Below, piece by piece: positions 26,307 to 36,092 of a stretch of DNA of 64,000 bases. How positions within the stretch are numbered: the stretch's first letter is position 1; each line of letters starts with the position of its first letter. This DNA comes from Eubacteriales bacterium (lineage in GTDB: Bacteria > Bacillota > Clostridia > Oscillospirales > CAG-272). The stretch spans positions 230-64,229 of the forward strand of contig JBGVPV010000049.1 of NCBI GenBank assembly GCA_045127215.1, written 5' to 3'. Position numbers and translations under genes: made by a program. The notes below the pieces were generated by a model. That model worked only from the letters and a program-made list of their open reading frames with translations. It searched no databases and was not told the DNA's origin.

Positions 26307-28265
26307 TTAATTTCTTTCAAACTGATGATTTATCTTACCTCGCGATATCTCCATAGCCACGGGGCGTCCGTGAGGACATACCGTGATATCGGGAAGCTCC
26401 ATAAGCCTTGCCACTACCCACTCGATGTACTCAGGGGGATATTCTCTGCCTGCCTTGATAGCCGCCTTACAGGACGCCTGATAGAGCGCCTTTTCAAATA
26501 CGATATCTCTGGTAAGCCGTGCCGTCCCCATTGCGTTTTTGAGTCGGTCTGCCATGACCTGAAGCATATCGGAAACCGCCTCGGCGCTAATACCCTCGGG
26601 GATCGCCGTGACGTTTGCGGTATATTTTCCCGCAGTAAAATCAAATCCGAGCGCTTCTATCTCGCTCTTGTATTCAAGGAGCGTCAGTATCTCGTCTCCC
26701 GTCATCATTATCTCAAGCGGAAGCATCAAAAGCTGTGAAGCTCTCTCACCGCTGTTCTTCATTCCCGCCTTCAGCTTTTCAAAGAGGATTCTCTCGTGAG
26801 CCGCGTGCTTATCGATAAGCAGCATCACGTCGCCTCTCTCTACTATGACGTAGGAATTGAACACCTCACCGACTATCCTGTAATCAAGTGTTTTAGGTAT
26901 TACAGGCTTTTCAGCCGTCCTCTCGGGCACAGGAGGTGTTACTACCTTTGGCGAAGCTACCTTTACAACCTCTTCGATCCGCGGCTGAGGCGCGGGCGCA
27001 GTCTTTGCTTCGGGCTTTGAAGCGTACTGACTCAAATATTCCTGCGCGCTTATATGCGCAAAAGCCTGTGCCTTTGGCGCGTCGTGTTTTTCCTCTGCCG
27101 CCTTTGGCATCAGCGGCATTGAGGTCTCTATCTGCCGCGCCTTGAGTGACTGTTCCTTGCCCTCTCTGACGGGTACTTGCATATCGGACACTCTCTGCGG
27201 AGCTGCCATGGTCGCGCCCTTGGTTGCCGCAGACGGAGCGATCGCTCTGTAAGACAGATTCATATCAGGTCTTTGCGTATCACTCTCAAGCGCATTACGA
27301 ACTGCATAATAGATCGCCTCAAATACCGGCTTCTCGTTTGAGAATTTAACCTCAAGCTTTGCAGGGTGGACGTTGACGTCCACGGTGTTCGGGCTTATGG
27401 TTATAAACAGTACGCAACACGGATATTTATCGGGGGCGATATACGAGGTATACGCCTGCTCGATCGCGGCAAGCGCCGTCTTTGTCTTTACGTATCTGCC
27501 GTTGATAAAGAAATTCTGATAATTTCTGTTTGCACGGACGTTATCGGGGCGCCCGATAAATCCCTCGACGCGAATTCCGTCAAGCTCTATACTCGCGCTT
27601 ATCAGCTTTGATGCAAAATCTCTGCCAAACACGGAATATATCGCATTTTTAAGCTGTCCGTCGCCGTATGTCTGAAGCTTTACATTTCCGTCAACTATAA
27701 GCTTGAAGGCTATATTCGGCTTTGAAAGCGCTATCTTCTCGACCATAGCGCTTACCGCCATGGACTCGGTGATATCCTTCTTCAAGAACTTTCGCCTTGC
27801 AGGAACGTTTGCAAACAGGTTCTCAACAATGACCGTTGTACCCTGCGCGCACGGACGCTCGGTAACACCGAGAATGTTCCCCGCGCTTGAGGTAAGCATT
27901 GAGCCGTTTTCGGCGTCCGCCGTTCTTGATATTATACGCATATCCGATACCGATGCTATTGCCGCAAGCGCTTCTCCACGGAAGCCGAGCGTCATTATAG
28001 CTTCAAGATCGGACGCGTCCTTTATCTTACTCGTCGCGTGGCGTCTTATCGCCACGGGAAGATCCTCAGGGGAGATGCCGCATCCGTTATCAGCTACTCT
28101 CATATATGTAACACCGCCGTTTTGTATCTCAACGGTTATATTATCCGCACCCGAGTCTATTGCGTTTTCAAGCAGCTCCTTTATTACCGACGACGGTCTG
28201 TCAACGACCTCGCCCGCGGCAATAAGATTGGCTACCGCAAAGGACAGCACGTTAATCTTTCCCAC
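26307..28265 (-). CDS. mutL: DNA mismatch repair protein MutL
   Basis: 652 aa. GHKL ATPase N-terminus (VVDRPSSVIKELLENAIDSGA), a Pro/Ala-rich linker, and a C-terminal endonuclease domain (DKHAAHERI). Confidence 0.95.
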   Translation of the reverse strand: MGKINVLSFAVANLIAAGEVVDRPSSVIKELLENAIDSGADNITVEIQNGGVTYMRVADNGCGISPEDLPVAIRRHATSKIKDASDLEAIMTLGFRGEALAAIASVSDMRIISRTADAENGSMLTSSAGNILGVTERPCAQGTTVIVENLFANVPARRKFLKKDITESMAVSAMVEKIALSKPNIAFKLIVDGNVKLQTYGDGQLKNAIYSVFGRDFASKLISASIELDGIRVEGFIGRPDNVRANRNYQNFFINGRYVKTKTALAAIEQAYTSYIAPDKYPCCVLFITISPNTVDVNVHPAKLEVKFSNEKPVFEAIYYAVRNALESDTQRPDMNLSYRAIAPSAATKGATMAAPQRVSDMQVPVREGKEQSLKARQIETSMPLMPKAAEEKHDAPKAQAFAHISAQEYLSQYASKPEAKTAPAPQPRIEEVVKVASPKVVTPPVPERTAEKPVIPKTLDYRIVGEVFNSYVIVERGDVMLLIDKHAAHERILFEKLKAGMKNSGERASQLLMLPLEIMMTGDEILTLLEYKSEIEALGFDFTAGKYTANVTAIPEGISAEAVSDMLQVMADRLKNAMGTARLTRDIVFEKALYQASCKAAIKAGREYPPEYIEWVVARLMELPDITVCPHGRPVAMEISRGKINHQFERN

Positions 28266-28310
28266 CGTGCGTCATCCCCCTTTCACAAAAATTTACTTTT
28301 GTCATTAAAA

Positions 28311-30899
28311 TTATTTAAGTCGCTTTTTAAGATCAAACAAAAAGCTCATAGCCTCATACGGTGACAAGGTATTTATATCCACCGCGCGAAGCTCCTCGAT
28401 AACCTGATCGTTTACAAAATCGTCAAAGGTAATAATACTCTCATCAACCTCGGGCTCTGCCTTATCAGAGGTACTTATAGCCTTTGCGGTCTTCTCAACT
28501 GAGGAGAGTACCTCTTTGGCTCTCTTTATGACCTCATTCGGAATTCCAGCAAGCTTTGCGACCTCGATACCGTAGCTATCATCGGTCGAGCCTCGTACGA
28601 TCTTACGAAGGAAGGTAATACTGTCACCGCGCTTTTTAGCCGCGATGTTATAGTTTACTATTCCGTCGATCTCGTCTTCCATTACCGTAAGCTCGTGATA
28701 ATGAGTTGCAAACAAGGTCTTAGCACCTATCTTTTTACTTGACGTGTACTCGATGATAGCTCTCGCTATACTCATTCCGTCAAAGGTTGACGTACCTCTG
28801 CCTACCTCGTCGTAAATAATGAGACTGCGGCGAGTAGCGTTACGAAGAATATACGCAACCTCGTTCATCTCAAGCATAAAGGTCGACTGTCCCGACGCGA
28901 GATCGTCAGAAGCTCCCACACGTGTGAACAGCTTATCTACGATTCCTATTCTCGCTTCACGCGCGGGAACGAACGAACCGATCTGCGCCATCAGCGTAAT
29001 TATAGCGACCTGACGCATATAGGTGGATTTACCCGCCATATTGGGACCTGTAATGAGCATAAGACGCTTTGATGAAGTATCAAGATCCGCATCGTTAGGT
29101 ACGAAGTACGTATCTCTCACAAACTGCTCGACCACGGGGTGACGTCCGTCACGTATATTTATGACGTCACTCGTGTCGACCTCAGGACGAACGTAATTAT
29201 TCTTTGCGGCAACCGACGCAAGACTGTAATATGCGTCAAGCTTTGCAAGTATTGCCGCCGCCTTTTGAATTCGGTGACTGTTATCAGCCACAAAAGCTCT
29301 CACTTCACAGAAAAGCTCGTATTCAAGCGAGCATACCTTATCGGACGCGCCGAGGATGGTAGCCTCCATATCCTTGAGCTCCTGAGTGATATATCTCTCA
29401 GCATTTGCAAGCGTCTGTTTGCGAATGTAGGTTTCGGGTACTTGTCCCATAAAAGACTTAGATACCTCTATGTAATAGCCGAAAACGCGGTTATAGGATA
29501 TCTTAAGCGTCTTGATACCCGTCTTCTCACGCTCGTCTTCTGCCATTTTTTCAAGCATTCCGCGGCTGTCGTGCATTATCTCACGCAGTCTGTCGATATC
29601 GGCGTTATAGCCCTCTGCTATCATTCCGCCCTCTCGAACTGAGAACGGCGGATTTTCACAGATCGCGCTATCTATCTTCTCTCTTATATCGTCAAGCGGC
29701 TCAAGCTGTCTGTATAGACTTGAGAGCTCGTTTGACGCACAACCCTCAAGCAGCTTTTTGATATCGGGAAGCGAGCTGATAGTATTACATACCGCGCGCA
29801 GATCCTTGGCGTTTGCCGTACCGTAAACTATTCTCGTCACAAGTCTTTCAAGGTCAAGCACTCCCTCGAGCGCCGCGCCCAGCTCTTCTCTGAGAATATA
29901 GGTATTGTAAAGCTCCTCGACAGCATTCTGTCTTGAATTTATCGCGCCCGTGGAAAGAAGCGGATGCTCCACCCACTGCCTCAGAAGTCGAGCGCCTGCG
30001 GCGGTCTTGGTCTTATCAAGCACCCACAAAAGCGAGCCCTTCTTCTCCTTGGTACGCAGAGTTTCGGTAAGCTCCAGATTCCTGCGAGTGTTGATATCCA
30101 TCTCGAGATACTGTCCCTCGGAATAGATATTAAGATCCTTGATATAGGATATATCTCCCTTTTGAGTCTCGGCAACGTAGCCGATAAGTCCACCAAGCGA
30201 CATAATAAGCGCCTTATCCGTCTTATCCTCGTCTCTGAGAACGTCGGCAAACTGAGCCAAAACTATATCAAGACTTCTCTCATACTCAAACTGCTCAGGG
30301 CGGTTGTCCGTTATCATCGCCCCAAGTCTGCCGCTCATAAAGTCAGCAACCTCGCCGAGCTTCTTTTTACTGAGGTTTGTAATCACCTCGCTCGGCACGT
30401 AAGTTCCAAGCTCGTTTTTAAGTCTTGCGTCTATATTATCGCCGCAAAACGAGGTGGCAAATATCTGACCCGTGGAAACGTCGGCAAAGCTGACGCCACA
30501 CTCAAACTCGCCCATATATACCGAGCAAAGATAATTGTTCTTTTTATCCGAAAGCAGGTCGCTCTCAATAAGCGTACCGGGAGTGATAACGCGAATTACC
30601 TCGCGCTTAACAAGTCCCTTGGCAAGCGCGGGATCTTCGGTCTGCTCACAAATAGCCACCTTATACCCCTTTTCTATAAGCTTTCCGATATACCCCTCGG
30701 CGCTATGAAACGGTACTCCGCACATAGGAGCTCTCTCGGCCTCCCCGCAATCTCTGCCCGTAAGTGTCAGCTCAAGCTCACGCGAGGCAAGCACGGCATC
30801 GTCAAAGAACATCTCGTAAAAGTCGCCAAGACGGTAAAATAACAAATATCCCTTATATTGATTTTTGATCTCGAAATACTGTTCCATCATTGGAGTCAT
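28311..30899 (-). CDS. mutS: DNA mismatch repair protein MutS
   Basis: 862 aa. MTPMMEQY...FYRLGDFYE mismatch-binding N-terminus, Walker A GPNMAGKST, and DEVGRGTST. Confidence 0.97.
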   Translation of the reverse strand: MTPMMEQYFEIKNQYKGYLLFYRLGDFYEMFFDDAVLASRELELTLTGRDCGEAERAPMCGVPFHSAEGYIGKLIEKGYKVAICEQTEDPALAKGLVKREVIRVITPGTLIESDLLSDKKNNYLCSVYMGEFECGVSFADVSTGQIFATSFCGDNIDARLKNELGTYVPSEVITNLSKKKLGEVADFMSGRLGAMITDNRPEQFEYERSLDIVLAQFADVLRDEDKTDKALIMSLGGLIGYVAETQKGDISYIKDLNIYSEGQYLEMDINTRRNLELTETLRTKEKKGSLLWVLDKTKTAAGARLLRQWVEHPLLSTGAINSRQNAVEELYNTYILREELGAALEGVLDLERLVTRIVYGTANAKDLRAVCNTISSLPDIKKLLEGCASNELSSLYRQLEPLDDIREKIDSAICENPPFSVREGGMIAEGYNADIDRLREIMHDSRGMLEKMAEDEREKTGIKTLKISYNRVFGYYIEVSKSFMGQVPETYIRKQTLANAERYITQELKDMEATILGASDKVCSLEYELFCEVRAFVADNSHRIQKAAAILAKLDAYYSLASVAAKNNYVRPEVDTSDVINIRDGRHPVVEQFVRDTYFVPNDADLDTSSKRLMLITGPNMAGKSTYMRQVAIITLMAQIGSFVPAREARIGIVDKLFTRVGASDDLASGQSTFMLEMNEVAYILRNATRRSLIIYDEVGRGTSTFDGMSIARAIIEYTSSKKIGAKTLFATHYHELTVMEDEIDGIVNYNIAAKKRGDSITFLRKIVRGSTDDSYGIEVAKLAGIPNEVIKRAKEVLSSVEKTAKAISTSDKAEPEVDESIITFDDFVNDQVIEELRAVDINTLSPYEAMSFLFDLKKRLK

Positions 30900-30938
30900 A
30901 ATTCAAAATCCCCCTATTTTTCTGTGTTTTAACGCCTC

Positions 30939-31325
30939 TTAGTGGCAACCGCCTCCGCAGGTAGAGCAGCTTCCCGAGCAGGAAGGCTTCTCGCCTGTTA
31001 TGTGAAAGGTGATAGTAGAGTTAACGGCATTCATAAGCTCGTTTACCTCTGCCTGAACCTCATTAAGCTGAATAAACACGGGGTGCTCCATAATTATCTT
31101 ATAAAGCTCATCGATTCTCGCCTGAATAGCGTCGATAAGCATGGTATCACGCTCTTCTCTGGTGATCTCGGTCTGAAGCGCCTTCTGCTGAACCTCATAC
31201 TCTATCATAAATTTCTTAAGCTCACCGTCTGCCTCGTAAGCCTTCTTAGCCTCGTCAAGCTTTACAAGTCTTTCATCGGCCTTAAGCGCTTTACCAAGCT
31301 CTGCCGCAAGTTCAAAAATTCCCAT
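30939..31325 (-). CDS. ymcA: YmcA/YlbF (Ric) family protein with a Cys-rich C-terminal tail
   Basis: 128 aa, helical, YlbF/YmcA-like. It sits between miaB and mutS, as ymcA does in B. subtilis (ymcB-ymcA-cotE-mutS-mutL). The tail reads PSCSGSCSTCGGGCH. Confidence 0.7.
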   Translation of the reverse strand: MGIFELAAELGKALKADERLVKLDEAKKAYEADGELKKFMIEYEVQQKALQTEITREERDTMLIDAIQARIDELYKIIMEHPVFIQLNEVQAEVNELMNAVNSTITFHITGEKPSCSGSCSTCGGGCH

Positions 31326-31353
31326 TTTTTATATCCTCTTTCTTAAAATTATA

Positions 31354-32775
31354 TTACTTTCTTTTTCCATACAGCGCAAAAGTCTCTCCGCGCTCTATCT
31401 CAACGTCCACGAATTTGCCCGTAAAGCTCTCGTCGGCGTCAAAGAACACTATTTTTCCGCCCTCGGTACGTCCGTTTATCACCGAGCTGTCGTTTTTACT
31501 CGCGCCGTCACACAGCACACGCAAGGTCTTTCCCACGAGCGCGCGGTTGGACTCGAGCGACACGGCGTTCTGCTCGGCGAGAAGCCTGTCAAATCTCTCT
31601 GACTTGAGCTTATCGTCAAGCTGTTCCATCTCGGCGGCGGGAGTTCCCTTTCTCGGCGAGTAGATAAACGAAAATATCATATCGAATTTTGCACGGCGAA
31701 GTGCTCTGAGCGTATCCTCAAACTCCTCGTCGCTCTCACCCGGAAATCCTACTATAATATCCGAGGTGATAGTGGCGTCGGGCATCTTTTCTCTTATATA
31801 GTCAACGATGCCCATAAACTTATCCATATCGTATCTGCGGTTCATATCGCGAAGCACCTTGTCGCTTCCCGACTGCATCGGCAGATGAAAGTGATGCGCT
31901 ATATGCGTAGAAGCCGCCATCACGTCAATAAGCTCTTTCGTTGCGTCCTTGGGGTGACTCGTCATAAACTGAAGCCAATGGTCGCCCTCTATTTTATCAA
32001 GCTCGCGCAAAAGTCCCGCAAAGTTAACTCCGTCCTCAAGATCCTTGCCGTAGGAATTTACGTTCTGACCGAGAAGCGTTATCTCGCGGTAGCCACGAGC
32101 CACAAGCTCCCTGACCTCTTTTATTATTTCGTCTGCGCGTCTGCTTCTCTCTCTGCCGCGAACGTACGGCACGATGCAGTACGAGCAGAAATTATTACAG
32201 CCGTACATTACCGACACCCACGCGCGATAATTGCTGTCTCGCGTAGCGGGGATATCCTCGGCAACTATACGCTCCGCCATATCTTCGCGCAAAACGCGCT
32301 TCTGAGTTTTTATTTTTTGGCAAAGGAATTCGGGAAAACGGTGTATTACCGACGTACCGAAAAGCAAGTCAACGTAAGGATATCTGTGCTTGATATCGTT
32401 TCTGCGATGCTCTTGTGCCGGCATACAACCGCATACGGCTATCACCAGCTCACTTCTCTTTGCCTTTATATGCTTGTACTGTCCGATCAGAGAAAGCGCT
32501 CTTTTCTCGGCGTGCTCGCGTATGGCGCAGGTATTTACGATAATAAGATGCGCGTCGTCCGGCGTCTCGGTCGGCTCGTATCCCATCTCTGCGGCCATTC
32601 CGAGCAGCTTTTCGCTGTCGGACTGATTTTGCTGACAGCCAAGCGTCAGTACGAATACACGGGGGCGCGCTGAGTTTAGAAGCGTAAGACGCTCGCAATA
32701 CTCGCGAACCTGTGCCATATATCCGTTTTGTTTCTCTATATCCAAAAGTGAAACCGTTTGTGTTTTAGTCTGCAT
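31354..32775 (-). CDS. miaB: tRNA-i6A37 methylthiotransferase MiaB
   Basis: 473 aa. UPF0004 Cys triad, radical SAM CNNFCSYCIVP, and a C-terminal TRAM domain. Confidence 0.93.
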   Translation of the reverse strand: MQTKTQTVSLLDIEKQNGYMAQVREYCERLTLLNSARPRVFVLTLGCQQNQSDSEKLLGMAAEMGYEPTETPDDAHLIIVNTCAIREHAEKRALSLIGQYKHIKAKRSELVIAVCGCMPAQEHRRNDIKHRYPYVDLLFGTSVIHRFPEFLCQKIKTQKRVLREDMAERIVAEDIPATRDSNYRAWVSVMYGCNNFCSYCIVPYVRGRERSRRADEIIKEVRELVARGYREITLLGQNVNSYGKDLEDGVNFAGLLRELDKIEGDHWLQFMTSHPKDATKELIDVMAASTHIAHHFHLPMQSGSDKVLRDMNRRYDMDKFMGIVDYIREKMPDATITSDIIVGFPGESDEEFEDTLRALRRAKFDMIFSFIYSPRKGTPAAEMEQLDDKLKSERFDRLLAEQNAVSLESNRALVGKTLRVLCDGASKNDSSVINGRTEGGKIVFFDADESFTGKFVDVEIERGETFALYGKRK

Positions 32776-32789
32776 AAAATTCTCTTCTT

Positions 32790-33650
32790 TTATTTATTCT
32801 CTCCCACAAAGCTTCTCGCCGCGGTCAAGGTATTCTGCATAAGCATGGTTATGGTCATAGGTCCGACTCCTCCGGGAACGGGAGTTATATAAGACGCCTT
32901 GGGCTCAACACTTGCAAAATCAACGTCACCCGTCAGCTTGCCGTCAGCACGTCGGTTCATTCCGACGTCAATAACGACCGCACCCTCTTTTATCATGTCC
33001 GCCGTAAAGAAATCCGCCTTTCCGATAGCCGCCACGAGCACGTCGGCTCTGCGGCAGATCTCAGAGAGATTTCGGGTTCTGCTATGACAAACGGTCACCG
33101 TGCCGTGCTTATGAAGCAACAGCATTGCCTGCGGCTTACCCACGATATTGGAGCGGCCTACGACCACGCATTCCTTTCCAGCCACGTCAATTCCGCTACG
33201 TTCAAGCAACGCCATAACGCCTGCGGGTGTACAAGGCAAAAATGAATAATCACCTATCATTATCTTTCCAACGTTATACGGGTGAAATGCGTCAACGTCC
33301 TTATCGGGACGGATGCGCAGTATCACCTGATTTTCGTCGAGATGTGAAGGCAAAGGAAGCTGACAAAGTATGCCGTGTATATTATCATCGGCGTTAAGCT
33401 TATCCACAAGCGCGTTAAGCTCATCCTGAGTGGTAGTAGCGGGCATCTCGTAAGCCTCCGAATAAAATCCGACCTCCTCACAAGCACGTCGCTTATTGCG
33501 AACGTAAACCTGTGACGCCGCGTTATCACCAACGATTATTACCGCAAGCCCGGGTCTTATACCGTGCTTTGCAACAAACTGTGCCGTCTGTTCCTTGATC
33601 TCGGCTCTCATCTTAGCAGATATTGCTTTGCCGTCAATTATCTTTGCCAT
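32790..33650 (-). CDS. folD: Bifunctional methylenetetrahydrofolate dehydrogenase/cyclohydrolase FolD
   Basis: 286 aa. YVRNKRRACEEVG, GRSNIVGKP, PVPGGVGPMT. Confidence 0.96.
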   Translation of the reverse strand: MAKIIDGKAISAKMRAEIKEQTAQFVAKHGIRPGLAVIIVGDNAASQVYVRNKRRACEEVGFYSEAYEMPATTTQDELNALVDKLNADDNIHGILCQLPLPSHLDENQVILRIRPDKDVDAFHPYNVGKIMIGDYSFLPCTPAGVMALLERSGIDVAGKECVVVGRSNIVGKPQAMLLLHKHGTVTVCHSRTRNLSEICRRADVLVAAIGKADFFTADMIKEGAVVIDVGMNRRADGKLTGDVDFASVEPKASYITPVPGGVGPMTITMLMQNTLTAARSFVGENK

Positions 33651-33668
33651 AACCGTACTCCCTGTAAA

Positions 33669-34745
33669 TTACTGTTTTTTATCGTCGTCCTTATTCTGAG
33701 GAATATCAAAAAGCTTTTCAAGCTTATCCGAAATATCGACAAACTCACGCTCCTGTCCCTCGGGCTCGGTCTGCTCGGGCTCGGTAGCGTCAGCACGCTC
33801 CTCGGTCTTTTCCACAGTCTCAGGCTCCTCAAAAGTCTGCTCCGCAGCCGCCGTAGCAGAGGTCGTAAACATAGGATAAGCCGCCTCGTAGCTGCGTGAA
33901 GTAAGCTCCGCGCGACGCGCTTTGGCAAGGAAATAGATAAGCATCACGCTTCCTACAACGAAGCAAACAAAGCCAACGACCTGCGATATTCTGAATACTC
34001 CGACGTAAAGGCTGTCTGTTCTGAGGCCCTCTATAAACATTCTTCCAAATCCGTACCAGGTAAAGTACATAAGAATGATCTGTCCGTCAAATTTTTTCTT
34101 TTTGTAAACAAGATTTATGAGTATAAATCCAAGAAGATTCCAAAGTGACTCATAAAGGAATGTAGGATGAACGTACGCCATCTGACCGCGAAGCTCGTAA
34201 AAGTCGTGAGGTGAAAGTCCCATACGCAAGAAGTAAAGAGGGCTGTCCTCGGCAACTATTCCGCCGTACGCCTCACCGTTGAAGAAGTTACCCCAACGAC
34301 CGAGCAGCTGACCTATCATGACACCGGGAACTATCGCGTCGCCAAGCTTATAAAAGCTGAGCTTCTTTATCTTACAGCATATAAATACCGTCAACGTACC
34401 GACAATAAGTCCGCCGTATATAGCAAGTCCGCCTTCCCAGATAGCTATCATATCAAGGAAGCTGTCGTATTTGTCAAGCGAGGTAAGCACGTAGTAAGCA
34501 CGCGCGCCGATTATGGCGAATATTACCGTATAAAGAGCTATATCCGTAAGGTCATCAAAGCTGACTCCGTCCTGCTTTGATCTGAAATGAGCGTACAAAA
34601 ACGCAAGAATGATACCGCAAGTAATAATGAGTCCGTACCAGCGCACCTCAACTCCGCCGAATATCGGCAAAGAAAATGCTACGGGATTTACAACAAACTC
34701 CTCAATTCCAAGTCCGGGAAATGAAATTCTTATCATGCTACGCAC
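33669..34745 (-). CDS. lgt: Prolipoprotein diacylglyceryl transferase Lgt with an acidic C-terminal extension
   Basis: 358 aa. RWYGLII, GGLAIYGG, GRWGNFFNGEAYG. The start is uncertain (GTG at 34745 or ATG at 34736). Confidence 0.9.
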   Translation of the reverse strand: MRSMIRISFPGLGIEEFVVNPVAFSLPIFGGVEVRWYGLIITCGIILAFLYAHFRSKQDGVSFDDLTDIALYTVIFAIIGARAYYVLTSLDKYDSFLDMIAIWEGGLAIYGGLIVGTLTVFICCKIKKLSFYKLGDAIVPGVMIGQLLGRWGNFFNGEAYGGIVAEDSPLYFLRMGLSPHDFYELRGQMAYVHPTFLYESLWNLLGFILINLVYKKKKFDGQIILMYFTWYGFGRMFIEGLRTDSLYVGVFRISQVVGFVCFVVGSVMLIYFLAKARRAELTSRSYEAAYPMFTTSATAAAEQTFEEPETVEKTEERADATEPEQTEPEGQEREFVDISDKLEKLFDIPQNKDDDKKQ

Positions 34746-34790
34746 TCGCGTCGCGGCTTTTAGTCGCGGCGCAACTCCTTTCTGATTTTT

Positions 34791-36092
34791 TTAATTTTTC
34801 TTGGGAAGGACCACCGACAAGGTAACGGTCCGCTCGTCAAACGCATTTTCAAACGCCGCGCTTACCTCGTCAAAGGTAACGTCGGCAAGAATATCTGTAA
34901 ACTCAAGCATCAAAGCATCCTCGCAAACGAAGGCAAAAAGTGAATTTGCCACGCTCTCGGTAGAATCGAAATTCTTTACCGACTCAGCGTACATAACGCG
35001 CTTCGCCCTCTCGAATTCCCCTCTGTCAAGTCCTTGCTCTTTAAGGCTTCTGATATGCTCCGATATCTCAGAGAGCACCGCTTGAGGATCGTCCGCCTCG
35101 CCCGCCACGGAATTATACGCAAAATCCTTTGCTATCGTATAACCGTATGAGAATGCGGGAGAGATCATATTTTTCTCAAACAACGAGCTGTAAAGCTCAG
35201 CAGATCGCGCAAAGATCATCTCATTGAGTATAGAAAATACCGCGTCTCTCTTTATTCTCTCACGTGCGTCCTCGGGGATATTCACGTCCTTATATCCTAT
35301 ACTGAAGAGCGGCTTTGACACCTGCATCTCTGCTTCAACGTATCCCTGATATGCAAACTGACTCTCGTCCTCGCTCTGCCTTAAAGGACGGGCGCTCCGC
35401 TTATCTGAAAATTCAAGAGCAAGATGCTTATCCGCAATATCTATGACGCTGTCCGCGTCAACGTTACCGCACACCACGAGCGCCATATTCTCAGGCGTAT
35501 AATACGCATCGTAGCAGCTATACAGAAGCTCGGGAGTTATTTTTTTGATAGACCCCACGTCACCGCAGATATTTCTGCGAATGCTATGATGCTCGTACAT
35601 ACCCTCAAGCATTCCGTAAAAACAACGGTCACCGGGGTTATCGTCGTACATTTTTATCTCCTCTGAGATTATTCCTATCTCAGCTCTCACCGATTCCTCG
35701 GTGAAATACGGATGAGTCACAAAGTAAATAAGCTCTCCGAGAGAATCCTCAAATCTATCCGTACAGCTGAACAGATACACCGTCTTATTGAAGGATGTGT
35801 ATGCATTTGCGTCAGCTCCGTACTCCGAAAAGCGTTCAAAGGAATCACTGCCGTCCTCATTGAAGAACAGCTTATGCTCAAGAAAATGAGCTATTCCGTC
35901 AGGTACGGTTACGTGTTCTCCGTCAACGACGATGCTGTTGTTTATAGAGCCGTACTTAACGCCGAACAAGGCGTAGGTAGCGGACATATTTTTTGGAAAT
36001 ACGTATATATCAAGTCCCGAGGGGTGAGTGTATTTAAAATACGACTCGCCGAGAGAGTCACTGTTATACCTGATCATCTCGCGTTTATTCAT
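34791..36092 (-). CDS. M16 family zinc peptidase, catalytically competent subunit
   Basis: 433 aa with the inverted zincin motif HFLEH (GIAHFLEHKLF). Confidence 0.85.
   Translation of the reverse strand: MNKREMIRYNSDSLGESYFKYTHPSGLDIYVFPKNMSATYALFGVKYGSINNSIVVDGEHVTVPDGIAHFLEHKLFFNEDGSDSFERFSEYGADANAYTSFNKTVYLFSCTDRFEDSLGELIYFVTHPYFTEESVRAEIGIISEEIKMYDDNPGDRCFYGMLEGMYEHHSIRRNICGDVGSIKKITPELLYSCYDAYYTPENMALVVCGNVDADSVIDIADKHLALEFSDKRSARPLRQSEDESQFAYQGYVEAEMQVSKPLFSIGYKDVNIPEDARERIKRDAVFSILNEMIFARSAELYSSLFEKNMISPAFSYGYTIAKDFAYNSVAGEADDPQAVLSEISEHIRSLKEQGLDRGEFERAKRVMYAESVKNFDSTESVANSLFAFVCEDALMLEFTDILADVTFDEVSAAFENAFDERTVTLSVVLPKKN

Noticed and set aside
27723-27736. cre-like sequence TGAAAGCGCTATCT
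   Set aside because: It lies inside the mutL coding region, mismatches the final consensus position, and has no carbohydrate gene context.
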